A stretch of DNA of 64,000 nt, from sequence record NC_104190.1; one strand, given 5' to 3'. Below are positions 19,963 through 30,840 of the stretch, piece by piece; the stretch's first letter is position 1; every line of letters begins with the position of its first letter. The notes under the pieces were generated by a model that saw only the letters and a list, made by a program, of their open reading frames with translations, made no database searches and was not told the DNA's origin. This stretch comes from Escherichia phage IME178. A program made the position numbers and the translations under genes.

Positions 19963-21781
19963 GACACTAAAATTTAGTAACGTTATGTCTTACGGTAAGG
20001 ACATCGTAATTCATTTCGATAAGAATCCAGTTACCCAACTAATTGGTGGCAATGGGTTAGGGAAATCCACTATTGCTACTGTTATTGAAGAACTATTTTA
20101 TAATAAGAACTCTCGAGGTATCAAGAAGGATGCTCTGTTCTCTTGGTCTTCTCAGAAAAAAGAGTATGATATGCACGCTTACTTCTCGAAAGATGAAGAT
20201 GAGTATGAACTACACAAAGTAGTTAAATCAACTGCTAAAGTAACTCTTATTAAGAATGGAGAAGATATTAGTGGACACACGGCAACCCAAACATACAAGA
20301 TGATTGAAGAGATTATGGGTGGTGACTTCCAAACATTCACCAAACTAATTTATCAATCAGTGGGTTCCAATCTAGACTTTCTAAAAGCAACAGATGCAAC
20401 ACGTAAGGCTTTCCTTGTTAACTTGTTTAATCAAGAACAGTACAAAGAAATGTCAGAAACTATTAAGGCTGACCGTAAAGAAATAGCAAATACCTTAAAT
20501 AATTTGCAGGGCCAAATGGCTGTAATTACGAAAATCCTTAATGGAAAGAATAACTTGGGAACCTTACAAGAACCAGTCGAAGTGCCTGAGTTTGATGAAG
20601 AGCCATTAGCACAAGAACTTACTGAATCGAAAATTAAGGCGGCATTAGCCAAGTCTCAAGAGGCTAATATTACTAAATTGCGTAATTTGGACAAAGCTGT
20701 ACAAGTTGCCGAACAATCTTTCGAGCCTTTCAAAAATTTACCCGCGCCCACTGACCAAAATGAAGAGATCTCGAGTGTTACGCGTGACCTAACGATTGTG
20801 ACCTCACGTGCGGGCGAAGTCAAGAAACGTTATCAGAAGTTCAAGCAAGAAGCTTCAAATACTGAATGTCCTACTTGTGGTACTCATCTGGATACAACTG
20901 CTGCTCAAAAAGCAATGGATATGGCCAGAATAGAATATGACCCCCTGTTCAAAGAGAAGCAATCTCTTGAAGCTAAGCTAGAACAGTTGAAGAAAGAACA
21001 ACTTGAGTACGTTGCGTATACTAGAGCAAAGGATGCTTTGGATAAAGCAGTAGCAGCTAGAGACGAATTCAAAAATTCAATGAGTGATACTTCTTTTGAA
21101 GAACTCAATGTGCAAAACCTACAGGTGCAAATCCGACAATTAGAACAGGAAATAGCTGATGGCCGTTCTAAGGTTGCAATTGCCAAAGAGCATAATGCAA
21201 ATATTGAACTAGCCAATGCAAAATATAAAGCGAAACTAGAACAGATTGAGAAAGCTGAGGCAGAAATGTCTGAGATTACTTCCAAACTGGATGGAGTATC
21301 AGAAGCTGTTGCTGATCTCGATATTCTGATCGCCGCATTGAAAAATCTGGTAGGGTATAAACTAGAACATAGTGTGAAAGTATTTGAAGAACTAATTAAT
21401 AAATATCTTTCTATTATGACTGGTGGTAAGTTCGCACTTGGATTTGAACTTGATGAAACGAAATTACAAGTAGTAATCTTCAATGATGGAAACCGTACTA
21501 GTATGGAGAACTGCTCTACTGGTCAGCAAAGTCGAATCAACCTAGCAACTCTGTTAGCTATTCGAATGCTACTAACATCTATTAGTAAAGTTAATATTAA
21601 TCTTCTATTCCTTGATGAAGTAATTAGCTTTATTGATACGAAAGGACTTGACACTCTTGTTGAATTATTAAATGAGGAAGAAAGTCTAAATTCTATCATT
21701 GTTTCTCATGGGCATACGCATCCATTAGCCCATAAGATTACTGTCAAAAAAGATGCAGAAGGATTTTCCTACTTAGAATAA
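19943..21781 (+). CDS. SbcC/Rad50-like ATPase (D13-like)
   Basis: Walker A GGNGLGKST, long coiled-coil, CPTCG zinc-hook, Walker B LLFLDEV; track 19841..21781, ATG 19943 in the same frame. Confidence 0.7.
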   Translation: MSKITIKTLKFSNVMSYGKDIVIHFDKNPVTQLIGGNGLGKSTIATVIEELFYNKNSRGIKKDALFSWSSQKKEYDMHAYFSKDEDEYELHKVVKSTAKVTLIKNGEDISGHTATQTYKMIEEIMGGDFQTFTKLIYQSVGSNLDFLKATDATRKAFLVNLFNQEQYKEMSETIKADRKEIANTLNNLQGQMAVITKILNGKNNLGTLQEPVEVPEFDEEPLAQELTESKIKAALAKSQEANITKLRNLDKAVQVAEQSFEPFKNLPAPTDQNEEISSVTRDLTIVTSRAGEVKKRYQKFKQEASNTECPTCGTHLDTTAAQKAMDMARIEYDPLFKEKQSLEAKLEQLKKEQLEYVAYTRAKDALDKAVAARDEFKNSMSDTSFEELNVQNLQVQIRQLEQEIADGRSKVAIAKEHNANIELANAKYKAKLEQIEKAEAEMSEITSKLDGVSEAVADLDILIAALKNLVGYKLEHSVKVFEELINKYLSIMTGGKFALGFELDETKLQVVIFNDGNRTSMENCSTGQQSRINLATLLAIRMLLTSISKVNINLLFLDEVISFIDTKGLDTLVELLNEEESLNSIIVSHGHTHPLAHKITVKKDAEGFSYLE

Positions 21782-21784
21782 AAC

Positions 21785-22267
21785 ATGGCTGTAGATAGTA
21801 GAGAGAAAGGCAAACGTGGTGAATATCAAGTAAGAGATATTTTACGTGAACGTACAGGTCTTGAGTGGGAACGTGTTCCTGGCTCTGGTGCTTTTGGCCA
21901 GAGCCATGGACTGAAGGGTGACATCTACCTTCCACCACAAAGCGGACACATTAGTAAATACTGCTTCGAAGTTAAGTGGTATAAAGATGATGCATTATCA
22001 AGTAATTTATTTAATGTTGGTGAATCTACTCTAGAGAAGTGGTGGCAGCAGTGCTCACGTGAAGGTGAGCAGATGAACTCCAAACCTGCATTAATATTCA
22101 AAAAAGACAGAGGACAGTGGTTAATAGCTTTGGATAGTTCAGACCCGATGGTTGACAACTTAATGAGTCGTACCCATATGGTGTTAAATAAGAAAGACAT
22201 GGAGATCGTAATTGGTTTATTTGAGCCGTGGCTACATCATGCATCTGTTGAGGACTTAATTAAATAA
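21785..22267 (+). CDS. Hjc-like Holliday-junction resolvase / PD-(D/E)xK nuclease
   Basis: KGKRGEYQVRDILRERTG...ERVPGSGA...GDIY...FEVKWYK matches the Hjc-type resolvase pattern. Confidence 0.5.
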   Translation: MAVDSREKGKRGEYQVRDILRERTGLEWERVPGSGAFGQSHGLKGDIYLPPQSGHISKYCFEVKWYKDDALSSNLFNVGESTLEKWWQQCSREGEQMNSKPALIFKKDRGQWLIALDSSDPMVDNLMSRTHMVLNKKDMEIVIGLFEPWLHHASVEDLIK

Positions 22268-23142
22268 TGAGTAAATCCTGGGGAAAATTTATTGAAGAAG
22301 AGGAAGCTGAAATGGCTTCCCGTCGTAATCTAATGATTGTTGATGGAACTAACTTAGGCTTTCGCTTCAAGCATAACAATAGTAAAAAACCATTTGCCTC
22401 AAGTTATGTTTCTACGATTCAATCTCTAGCAAAATCTTATTCTGCTAGAACTACAATAGTTTTAGGAGATAAAGGGAAGTCTGCATTCCGCTTAGAGCAT
22501 CTTCCAGAGTATAAAGGGAATCGAGATGAGAAATACTCTCAGCGTACGGAAGAGGAGAAAGCGTTAGATGAGCAGTTCTTCGAGTATTTGAAAGATGCTT
22601 TCGAACTATGTGAAACTACATTTCCAACCTTCACTATTCGTGGCGTAGAAGCAGATGATATGGCAGCTTATATTGTTAAGCTGATTGGGCATCTTTATGA
22701 TCATATTTGGCTAATTTCTACCGATGGTGACTGGGATACTTTATTAACTGATAAAGTATCTCGCTTCTCTTTCACAACACGTCGTGAATACCATCTTCGT
22801 GATATGTATGAGCATCATAATGTTGACGATGTAGAGCAGTTTATCTCTCTGAAAGCAATTATGGGTGATTTAGGAGATAATATCCGTGGTGTTGAGGGTA
22901 TTGGGGCAAAACGCGGGTATAACATTATTCGTGAATTTGGTAACGTTCTGGATATTATTGATCAGCTTCCACTGCCTGGAAAACAGAAATATATACAGAA
23001 TTTAAATGCTTCGGAAGAGTTGCTTTACCGAAACCTAATTCTGGTTGATTTACCTACCTACTGTGTGGATGCTATTGCTGCTGTAGGTCAAGATGTACTA
23101 GATAAGTTTACAAAAGATATTTTGGAGATTGCAAGACAATGA
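22267..23142 (+). CDS. flap endonuclease / 5'-3' exonuclease (D15-like)
   Basis: 291 aa, the length known for T5 D15; acidic metal-binding clusters and H3TH-like region. Confidence 0.8.
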   Translation: MSKSWGKFIEEEEAEMASRRNLMIVDGTNLGFRFKHNNSKKPFASSYVSTIQSLAKSYSARTTIVLGDKGKSAFRLEHLPEYKGNRDEKYSQRTEEEKALDEQFFEYLKDAFELCETTFPTFTIRGVEADDMAAYIVKLIGHLYDHIWLISTDGDWDTLLTDKVSRFSFTTRREYHLRDMYEHHNVDDVEQFISLKAIMGDLGDNIRGVEGIGAKRGYNIIREFGNVLDIIDQLPLPGKQKYIQNLNASEELLYRNLILVDLPTYCVDAIAAVGQDVLDKFTKDILEIARQ

Positions 23143-23585
23143 TTAAAATTAAGTTAACCCATCCAGATTGTATGCCTAAGATTGGTTCCGAAGATGCCGC
23201 AGGTATGGATCTACGAGCATTCTTTGGTACTAACCCTGCTGCAGATTTACGTGCTATTGCACCAGGCAAATCCTTAATGATTGACACCGGTGTCGCGGTA
23301 GAAATTCCGCGAGGTTGGTTCGGTTTGGTAGTTCCTCGCAGCTCTTTAGGTAAACGCCATCTGATGATTGCAAATACCGCAGGAGTGATCGACTCAGACT
23401 ATCGTGGAACTATTAAGATGAACCTTTATAACTATGGTTCTGAAATGCAAACTCTGGAGAATTTTGAAAGACTTTGTCAACTAGTAGTAGTACCACACTA
23501 CTCAACGCATAATTTTGAAATAGTTGATAAACTAGGGGAGACTGATCGTGGAGAAGGCGGATTTGGAAGCTCAGGAAGTAAATAA
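23139..23585 (+). CDS. dut: dUTP diphosphatase (dUTPase)
   Basis: 148 aa with conserved dUTPase motifs (AAGMDL, PRSS, IDSDYRG, RGEGGFGSSG). Confidence 0.85.
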   Translation: MIKIKLTHPDCMPKIGSEDAAGMDLRAFFGTNPAADLRAIAPGKSLMIDTGVAVEIPRGWFGLVVPRSSLGKRHLMIANTAGVIDSDYRGTIKMNLYNYGSEMQTLENFERLCQLVVVPHYSTHNFEIVDKLGETDRGEGGFGSSGSK

Positions 23586-23605
23586 TTTACATATCAAATA
23601 AATAA

Positions 23606-23641
23606 TAAACCCCAATGGACAAAATCCATTGGGGTTTTTAT
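23606..23641. terminator. bidirectional terminator hairpin between convergent early (+) and late (-) blocks
   Basis: AACCCCAATGG-ACAAAAT-CCATTGGGGTT flanked by T-runs on both strands. Confidence 0.65.
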
Positions 23642-25789
23642 TTACTTACTTGCCTTTAATTCCGCAATCTCAGCTTCCATCGCTTCGATCCTCTGCATTA
23701 ATACCTGCACAACGTGCATGGTATCCAGAAGCATCGGCGTGGTGTCCAGCTCCTTCTGCTCCACAACCTCTCCTGGATTATTGCCAACATATTTGCGCGT
23801 CTTAACATATAAAGGCTCAACAACCTCTGCTTGCTGTGCAATCACGCCATGCCGAACTCGATTTTGTTCGTCATTGTCATAAATGAACTCTACAAATTCC
23901 AGCCCTTTAATATTAGAGTATGATTTGTCAACTCCAACAGGGGCGATGCCGTGTTTTACACGTGAGTCAGAAGTACCATTTTTTGTATAACTAAAGTTCC
24001 CGTAATCAGTCGAACCATATATTTGACCATCAATATCAAAAAAGTAACGACAGAATTTTCCATTATCTCCACCGACCACCATGCAAGCTGTACCGAAGGC
24101 ATTATTACCTGGTATGTACATATGGAGCCCTATCTTGGTGGGATATCCGTTGGGGCGATATCCACCAATAGAATAACCACGAACTAGTGTGTCTGAACCG
24201 CTAGCAATGGCTACCCGATCCATGCCGTTGGTAGTCAGGTTGTCTATTCCAGCATCCGTAATGCCATTCCATGTGCCCATAGGCGTATTCATACGGAAGG
24301 TATTAATCTTACCCGATTGGCGGAAGTCTGCCGTACCATCTTCGTAAAACTTATAAGAGTGCTTAGCGGAGCCCTCAGCCTCAATAATCGCAGCCCCCGA
24401 GGAGCCCCAGATAGTATCAGAGTATAGACGAGCAAACCGCTTACCTGCTGGGTTGGAATATTCAGATACTACTTCACCACCACGAACGGAGGTATTCTGC
24501 GGAGGTGCGCTACTATCTGCATTCTTAACACTCCATGATGTATTTGCTGCAACGAAACCACCCGACGCACGGATTACCCACACACCGACAAAGTTTCGTG
24601 TAAGAATTTCATCATTTGATGTTCCGTAAATTGGACTTGAACGTGAGGCGTCAAAATTTAGTGTATTATAGCGCCCAGATAATGCAATATTTCCTGTACT
24701 TGGAATCGCATCCCCATCACCATTAGGAAAAATCGCATTATCAACAAAGAATGCACCACTAGCAGTAGAGCCAAATACCTGGGCGTAGCTAGTACTTGAG
24801 TAGCTAGGAACAGCAGCAGTAATATTAGGTGCAGCAGATTCAAATAGCTGGCCATTTGCACCACTATTTCCACCATCTCCACGACCATAAAGAGCGCGTA
24901 TTGATCCCTCCTGCACCCCATTCTTATCTGGAACACGAAAAGTTGTTGTCCCATTTCCTGATGAGTACTTACCGCGCTGAAATTTATCAGCCAGCCATTT
25001 AGAATCATCTATAGCACCCACCATTTGAGCGTAAGCCCAAAGCTCCGGCCAGTCAGCCCTGTTAAGAAGCTGCCCATCAGAAACTACCTCATAAGGTTGA
25101 ATATACGCACGACTATCGCGAAGGTGAAAATCACCTACACCATAGTTCATGACACCATTCATTGTGGGTCCTACTGTGCCAGTATTAATTTTGTTCTCCA
25201 CCCAACGCTTAGTTACAGCATCATAATCATTAACGGGGTCTCCCGCAAGGGGAGTAGATCCAATAGGTCGCACATTTAGCCACGCAGCTGCGCGATCTGC
25301 TAAATCTGATAAATTATTTTCAGTCAATAGGCTTTCGTCTTTTGTTGGCACATTATAACTTTGTCTAAAAGCTTCTTTTGATACTACTCCAGTACCTCCT
25401 TGTTCTATAGAAAGTGCAGTGGTTAAACCTGTTAAAGATTTAATAGTTGAGTTGGCACCATCCATGTCTATACTAGCAAATCTTGACCATGCAGTCCATG
25501 AATTGTAAAAAGATCTACTATATATCTCATTACGATTATAAGGTAAGTAAATTTGAGTACAAGAAGTCGCTAAATTGCTTGCATTATTTTTTAAAACTAG
25601 TAATGTACCTGCAGCCGCAACAGGATAGTTAAGAGAAGTAGGAGAGTTAGCATTTTCAGATTGCCAATACTTTCCATACACACTCCCATCAAGTGTATTT
25701 AAATTTGTTCCTGTAGTAATTAAACCATATACAGGTAAAGCGGCTACATCAGTAGCCTTTAAGTTAATTTTATCAATTCTAAGAGCCAT
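23642..25789 (-). CDS. L-shaped tail fiber protein (LtfB-like) with C-terminal intramolecular chaperone domain
   Basis: 715 aa; C-terminal ~130 aa resembles the self-cleaving chaperone of T5 pb1-type fibers. Confidence 0.65.
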   Translation of the reverse strand: MALRIDKINLKATDVAALPVYGLITTGTNLNTLDGSVYGKYWQSENANSPTSLNYPVAAAGTLLVLKNNASNLATSCTQIYLPYNRNEIYSRSFYNSWTAWSRFASIDMDGANSTIKSLTGLTTALSIEQGGTGVVSKEAFRQSYNVPTKDESLLTENNLSDLADRAAAWLNVRPIGSTPLAGDPVNDYDAVTKRWVENKINTGTVGPTMNGVMNYGVGDFHLRDSRAYIQPYEVVSDGQLLNRADWPELWAYAQMVGAIDDSKWLADKFQRGKYSSGNGTTTFRVPDKNGVQEGSIRALYGRGDGGNSGANGQLFESAAPNITAAVPSYSSTSYAQVFGSTASGAFFVDNAIFPNGDGDAIPSTGNIALSGRYNTLNFDASRSSPIYGTSNDEILTRNFVGVWVIRASGGFVAANTSWSVKNADSSAPPQNTSVRGGEVVSEYSNPAGKRFARLYSDTIWGSSGAAIIEAEGSAKHSYKFYEDGTADFRQSGKINTFRMNTPMGTWNGITDAGIDNLTTNGMDRVAIASGSDTLVRGYSIGGYRPNGYPTKIGLHMYIPGNNAFGTACMVVGGDNGKFCRYFFDIDGQIYGSTDYGNFSYTKNGTSDSRVKHGIAPVGVDKSYSNIKGLEFVEFIYDNDEQNRVRHGVIAQQAEVVEPLYVKTRKYVGNNPGEVVEQKELDTTPMLLDTMHVVQVLMQRIEAMEAEIAELKASK

Positions 25790-25798
25790 TTTAATTCC

Positions 25799-26104
25799 TC
25801 ATGCCCACATGCGAACAGGTGTTTCTGGGTTTACTATAAATTTATCTAGTATAGAGAGATCAAAATCATCAATATTCATAATACGCAGATTAACGTGATA
25901 TCCTTCTTGCACTACATACTCAATATCCTCTATATTTTGGTACTCTGTTAAGGGTTTTACAGGCTGACTAATAGTACCTATAAAATCAATACTGACATTT
26001 TCACAGTATAAACTACCTGTTTCTTCATCTAAACTAAAGCCAAATTTTATCAAATTAATTTTCATTTCATCAGCATTAGTAAATTTTAGATATAAATCTT
26101 TCAT
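25799..26104 (-). CDS. hypothetical protein between the two fiber genes
   Basis: 101-aa ORF. Confidence 0.45.
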   Translation of the reverse strand: MKDLYLKFTNADEMKINLIKFGFSLDEETGSLYCENVSIDFIGTISQPVKPLTEYQNIEDIEYVVQEGYHVNLRIMNIDDFDLSILDKFIVNPETPVRMWA

Positions 26105-26150
26105 TATAGAATCCTTAATTTTATGGGAGCATTATATAATGCTCCTGTAC

Positions 26151-28340
26151 TTACCGTAAGCCATTAATCTGATCATTATTTAAGGCCCTATACCATACTC
26201 GGAAATTCTTAATATGATATACAAATTTAGAAGGGGTAGGAGATGGTGATGCACCTAACCTAGACGGAATACCTGTCAAACTCACGGGAGTACTAGTAGA
26301 TTTAGCAGTTTTACCATTAAAATAGTTGCTTATTTCATTTCCAACTATTTTTTGAGCATAGGTCATAGGAGGTAGACTTTCTATATCTGGAATAGCTAAG
26401 GTTGGCCCTGTACTAGATCTATATGTTCTTATAGTGGCATTATCATCGCTATCACAGCGGCAGATAATGTCATACCTAGAACCTCTTACTTGCATAACTT
26501 CTACATAACTAGTATAAGGTCGTACTTTACAATTAAATTCAAAAGATACTGTGCGCTCAAAGTAGTCTGCTAGGGTTCTATAGCCGGCATTATCTGGTAT
26601 ACACCACCATTCATCTGCTGTTCTAGTAGTAGTGGTATTAGTACTATTACGGATGTAAGAAGTTGGAGCTATGCCTTCCTCAACCTGTATACCCCAAATG
26701 TAGAAACCAGAAACACCATCCCCCTCATAGACAGCAGTAGTAGTAGTTTTAGCCATCTGGAGTCTAAATATAGTGCTTTGACTTGCAGTGGCTGCAAAAG
26801 AAATCCAAATTCTATATATACCTCCAGTTAATCTCTCATACCCCCCTCTAATATTACTAGCAGAACCAGTTGTTACAACAGTTTCATTTTTAATATCAAA
26901 AAACATACCAGCAGTTGTACCAGAAGCTACACGTAGATATACTAAACGATTTGCAGTATCATCTTTAACGTAGGCAGAGTAACAATAAAAAGTATCAGCA
27001 GTCAAAGATATTCCTTTATCGTTGCAGTAGTGCTCGCTGTTACTGGTACTCTCGGTAAATTTAGTCATCAACATTTCGCCGGTAGGACAAGCCGAAGCAT
27101 TAGGGGTTGTAATAACTAGATTACCACCAGTAATTGCTTCTGAATTAGTATATAAATTAGTACACTGAGACTCCATTAATAAACCTTGCTTTTCAAATCT
27201 AGGTTCATTAATATCTGCAAAACACATTTTACCACTTTTATCTATATAACTGGCGGTAGTTGAGCGAGTAAAATTTGCAGATTTTGTTGGCAATTCCAGA
27301 GTTACATCATTAATTGTTGCTAAATCGTAAGGGGCCATACCAGATAATAATCTCATATCATCAGTTAAAGGTACCCAAACATCCGGATAGGGGACAGGTT
27401 CATATATAATAATACTAGCAGCAGAAGCAGCGGCGGCAGCTTCAGAAGCTTTAGCATTAATTTCAGAAGCTTTAGCATTAGTTTCAGATGTTTTAGCATT
27501 AGTTTCTGATGTTTTAGCATTAGTTTCTGATGTTTTAGCAGCATTTTTACTTGCTAAAGCATCTGCGGCACTTCCAGCAGCTGCATTTTTACTTGCTAAT
27601 GCGTTAGTTTCGCTAGTAGCAGCATTCGTCTCAGATGTTTTAGCATTAGTTTCAGAAGTTTTTGCTGCTGTTTGTGATTTAGCAGCAGCATTTTTACTTG
27701 CTAATGCATTAGTTTCGCTAGCAGCAGCATTCGTAGCCGAATTAGCTGCAGCTAATTCGGAAGCTTTAGCATTAGTTTCAGAAGTCTTAGCGTTAGTTTC
27801 AGAAATTTTTGCTGCTGTTTGTGAAGCTGCTGCTGCAGTTTTACTTGCTAATGCATTAGCTTCACTAGTAGCAGCATTCGTCTCGGAGGCTTTAGCTTTG
27901 GTTTCACTAGTCTTTGCATTAGTCTCAGAGGTTTTTGCATTAGTCTCAGAGGTTTTAGCCTTGGTTTCACTAGTCTTTGCATTAGTCTCAGAGGTTTTAG
28001 CTGCAGCTGCTGATTCTGCAGATTTAGTAGCTGATGCAGCAGACTTAGTAGCGGACGTAGCAGATTGAGTAGCAGAAGCTTCAGAAGCTTCAGCAGAAAT
28101 AGCAGCTTCCTGTTCAGAGTTCTTAGCATTAAGCTCTGAAGTCTTAGCAGCTATTTCGGAGTCTTTTGCAGCTGCAGCAGACTTAGCTGCAGCCTCAATA
28201 GATGATACTAACTCACTTGCAGTAATAGAGCTAATAGAGTTACCAAGAGTTACTGTATATCTAGGAAATTTACTAGCAGTAGCTTTAGTATCATCAATAT
28301 TTAATATCTGTTGTACAATAATCTTAGTAATTACTGCCAT
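26151..28340 (-). CDS. L-shaped tail fiber protein (LtfA-like): Ala/Ser/Thr-rich repeat shaft plus C-terminal lectin-like domain
   Basis: 729 aa; long (AKTSETN)n-type repeat tract then a globular C-terminal domain. Confidence 0.65.
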   Translation of the reverse strand: MAVITKIIVQQILNIDDTKATASKFPRYTVTLGNSISSITASELVSSIEAAAKSAAAAKDSEIAAKTSELNAKNSEQEAAISAEASEASATQSATSATKSAASATKSAESAAAAKTSETNAKTSETKAKTSETNAKTSETNAKTSETKAKASETNAATSEANALASKTAAAASQTAAKISETNAKTSETNAKASELAAANSATNAAASETNALASKNAAAKSQTAAKTSETNAKTSETNAATSETNALASKNAAAGSAADALASKNAAKTSETNAKTSETNAKTSETNAKASEINAKASEAAAAASAASIIIYEPVPYPDVWVPLTDDMRLLSGMAPYDLATINDVTLELPTKSANFTRSTTASYIDKSGKMCFADINEPRFEKQGLLMESQCTNLYTNSEAITGGNLVITTPNASACPTGEMLMTKFTESTSNSEHYCNDKGISLTADTFYCYSAYVKDDTANRLVYLRVASGTTAGMFFDIKNETVVTTGSASNIRGGYERLTGGIYRIWISFAATASQSTIFRLQMAKTTTTAVYEGDGVSGFYIWGIQVEEGIAPTSYIRNSTNTTTTRTADEWWCIPDNAGYRTLADYFERTVSFEFNCKVRPYTSYVEVMQVRGSRYDIICRCDSDDNATIRTYRSSTGPTLAIPDIESLPPMTYAQKIVGNEISNYFNGKTAKSTSTPVSLTGIPSRLGASPSPTPSKFVYHIKNFRVWYRALNNDQINGLR
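27420..28200 (-). repeat. in-frame tandem repeat tract of about 21 bp (7-aa) units inside the LtfA-like gene
   Basis: Repeated gtttcagatgttttagcatta-type units on the + strand encoding SETNAKT-like heptads. Confidence 0.6.
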
Positions 28341-28762
28341 TATTTAGTTACCCCATCACTGATAAATACTTTACCCTCCATTATACGAAAGGAGCTAATT
28401 GCGGATCCTATAACATCTCTAGTCATAATTATATCATAGTATCCTGCGAATCGCTGACGGGGGTTATATTTATCTCTATCTTTAGATGCTTTAGCTCCTA
28501 TATTTTCTACAGATTCTACCGGTAAACTTATAGCTACAGCCCCTTGAGCAGCATCAATAATACTAGTAGTAAAGGATGCTAATATCTCCGCATTCTCATC
28601 TAGGCTATTTTTTATTGTACCCCTTAGAGAATATCCGGTTAAATTAACAGGAGTATTTGTAGGCGGATAAGTAGTATCATCAACATCTAAGAATTGCATC
28701 ATTAGACCATAGGGTACTTTCTCATCTATCACTAAGTCTATAACTCTATTTTCAGTACTCAT
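28340..28762 (-). CDS. collar/fiber-attachment protein (p132-like)
   Basis: 140 aa, same length and position as T5 p132 between the pb4-like and fiber genes. Confidence 0.5.
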   Translation of the reverse strand: MSTENRVIDLVIDEKVPYGLMMQFLDVDDTTYPPTNTPVNLTGYSLRGTIKNSLDENAEILASFTTSIIDAAQGAVAISLPVESVENIGAKASKDRDKYNPRQRFAGYYDIIMTRDVIGSAISSFRIMEGKVFISDGVTK

Positions 28763-28766
28763 TATT

Positions 28767-30840
28767 TTACCTTATGTGAATATATCCATTTACTAGATCT
28801 ATCTTCATTTTGTACGCAGCTTCTGGATTTCCTGATAATGCTGCATTTCTATCATAAATAGTGTTAACCCCTATCTGGGATAAGAAAGCATTACCTGCCA
28901 CTATTTTATCCGCAGTAATAGTGCCATTAACTACCATATTACCATGCAGTACCATGGCCGGGTTGATCCAACCATAGCCATTCCATTGTCTAGTAAATGC
29001 TGTCTGCGGAGCACCACTATTAAATTGAGTTAGCACATCATATTTAACAGGAGGGGAGCCAAAGTTACTTTGGAAGAATGCATTAGCTTGGTTATCATCC
29101 CACCCGCCTAGCCCAGCTATTCCAACGGAATACATGCCAGGACCCCTTTGACCATCTGCACCAATCGTACCTTCAGTACCGCTCCATTGAACTACATCAG
29201 ACCAGCTAGTACCTTCTAATAGCTTATTAGTAACAGGATCTAGAGTACCAGTAGTAGCGTAGATATTCTGAGTCATATCAGTACGATTAGGAGGTGTTTT
29301 AGACCAACCAGGGGGTGGATAATCCTGTTCTAAGGGCTTAGCAGGTAGATTCTTACCTAGTTTGTAAACAAATACTGTTTGCTTACCCTGCATCCCAGTA
29401 CCAATATCTACGTCTCCATTAGGAGTACCAATAACAACTCCACTAGAAATACGAAGAGTATCGCCATCATAGCGTATCCACTGAGTAGCATTACCTATAT
29501 CTAACTTTGGCTTAGCAGAAGTGTTATCCATTCCCATCCAGATACCAGATTTTGTATCCCCCCAAGTTTTACCCTGAGTATATATTGCAGGGTTATCTTG
29601 GCCAGTTAGATTGGTCATTACAAAGTTAGCAGCATTGATAGTTTTAGTTATAACACTACCATCAACGTTAACTATCTTTTTAACCGGATCAAAAGATATT
29701 GGTGCTTTTCCTTCAGCATCTAGAAGACCTATATTAATAGCACCGGTAGCGGCATCAATTAAAAAATGTTTGTTTCCAAGTAGATCCATCTTTGATCTTA
29801 CCCTTAATATACGCATAGTTTACTTCAATACCCGTTTCATTAACAAAACTATTGTCAAGAGGAGTATCCTCATTTAGTGTAAAAGTCTGTACTGCAGAAT
29901 CTGTAACATCTTGAGCATCTGGTCCCCATGCTATAGAAGAGACTTTAAATTTATGCTCAATTTTCCACGGAAACGATATAATAGTTGCCGCTTGTGCAGC
30001 ACCTACGTTAATTTTTTGAGCTTTAGTCCATCCAGTTTTTTTGAATTCTACTGAATCTATATAAGAAACAACAAATTCGCGAACGTTAGCGCCAGCTCCT
30101 CTATACCATTCCCATTGTACACGGAGATCATATCTTTCTTTACCATCAGCAATCCTTGCAGCTTTGAAAGTAATGTTGTTAGGAGCAGTAGGAGGTACAA
30201 AGTTATACTCTACAGTAAGAACTTTGGAAAATTCAAAGTATCCAGAAGAGTCTACAGTTACACCATCTGGCATGGTAACTTGCCCAGATATGCGTACTTT
30301 GTAATCCCCAACAGGAACACCCCCAAATCTAATAGTGGGAGATAGTGGACCTATATAATACTTTACCCACGGGCTATTTGAAGGTTGAGTACTTTTTAAC
30401 TCAATAGTACAATAACTAGCTTCTCCTGTAGTCTCTATAACTACTATAGGGGCACCTACACCCACATCTACTGGATCAGCCTCTGATCTAGCGGCAGTAA
30501 TAGTAGGTTTTCTCTTAGTACTAAAGGTAGTTTTATTGGATAAGTTTATGCCAATTTTAGCCTCTAATAGCTCAGAGTCTATAATAGAGTCATAGAAAGC
30601 CCCTTGAACCTCATAAGAAGTTGAAGGGGTTAGATTATTAATCATTACAAAGAAAGTATCTATACCGGTATAGTCACGTCTATCAATACTTTCTCCTAAC
30701 TTTAACCAAAAGGATCTACCAATAACGTCATAATCAGTATATATAGAGTGCTGGACATACGCCATTGTATATCCAGTCATTATACTATTTAAGACCATTT
30801 TGGCTGGTGCATTATTCGAAATCATTAAATGGATGCCCAC
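28767..30840 (-). CDS. baseplate/tail-tip protein pb4-like; frame break near 29755-29816
   Basis: Two overlapping track ORFs (30840..29755, 361 aa; 29816..28767, 349 aa) in different frames; total span about 690 codons, close to T5 pb4. Confidence 0.5.

Noticed and set aside
20905-21483. 192-aa minus-strand ORF inside the SbcC-like gene
   Set aside because: Antisense to the coiled-coil region, whose repetitive codons generate open reverse frames; Ser/Ala/Cys-rich, no start context.
27848-28129. Leu/Lys-rich 93-aa ORF in the tail-fiber repeat tract
   Set aside because: Alternative-frame reading of the Ala/Thr-rich tandem repeat; repeat DNA is open in several frames.
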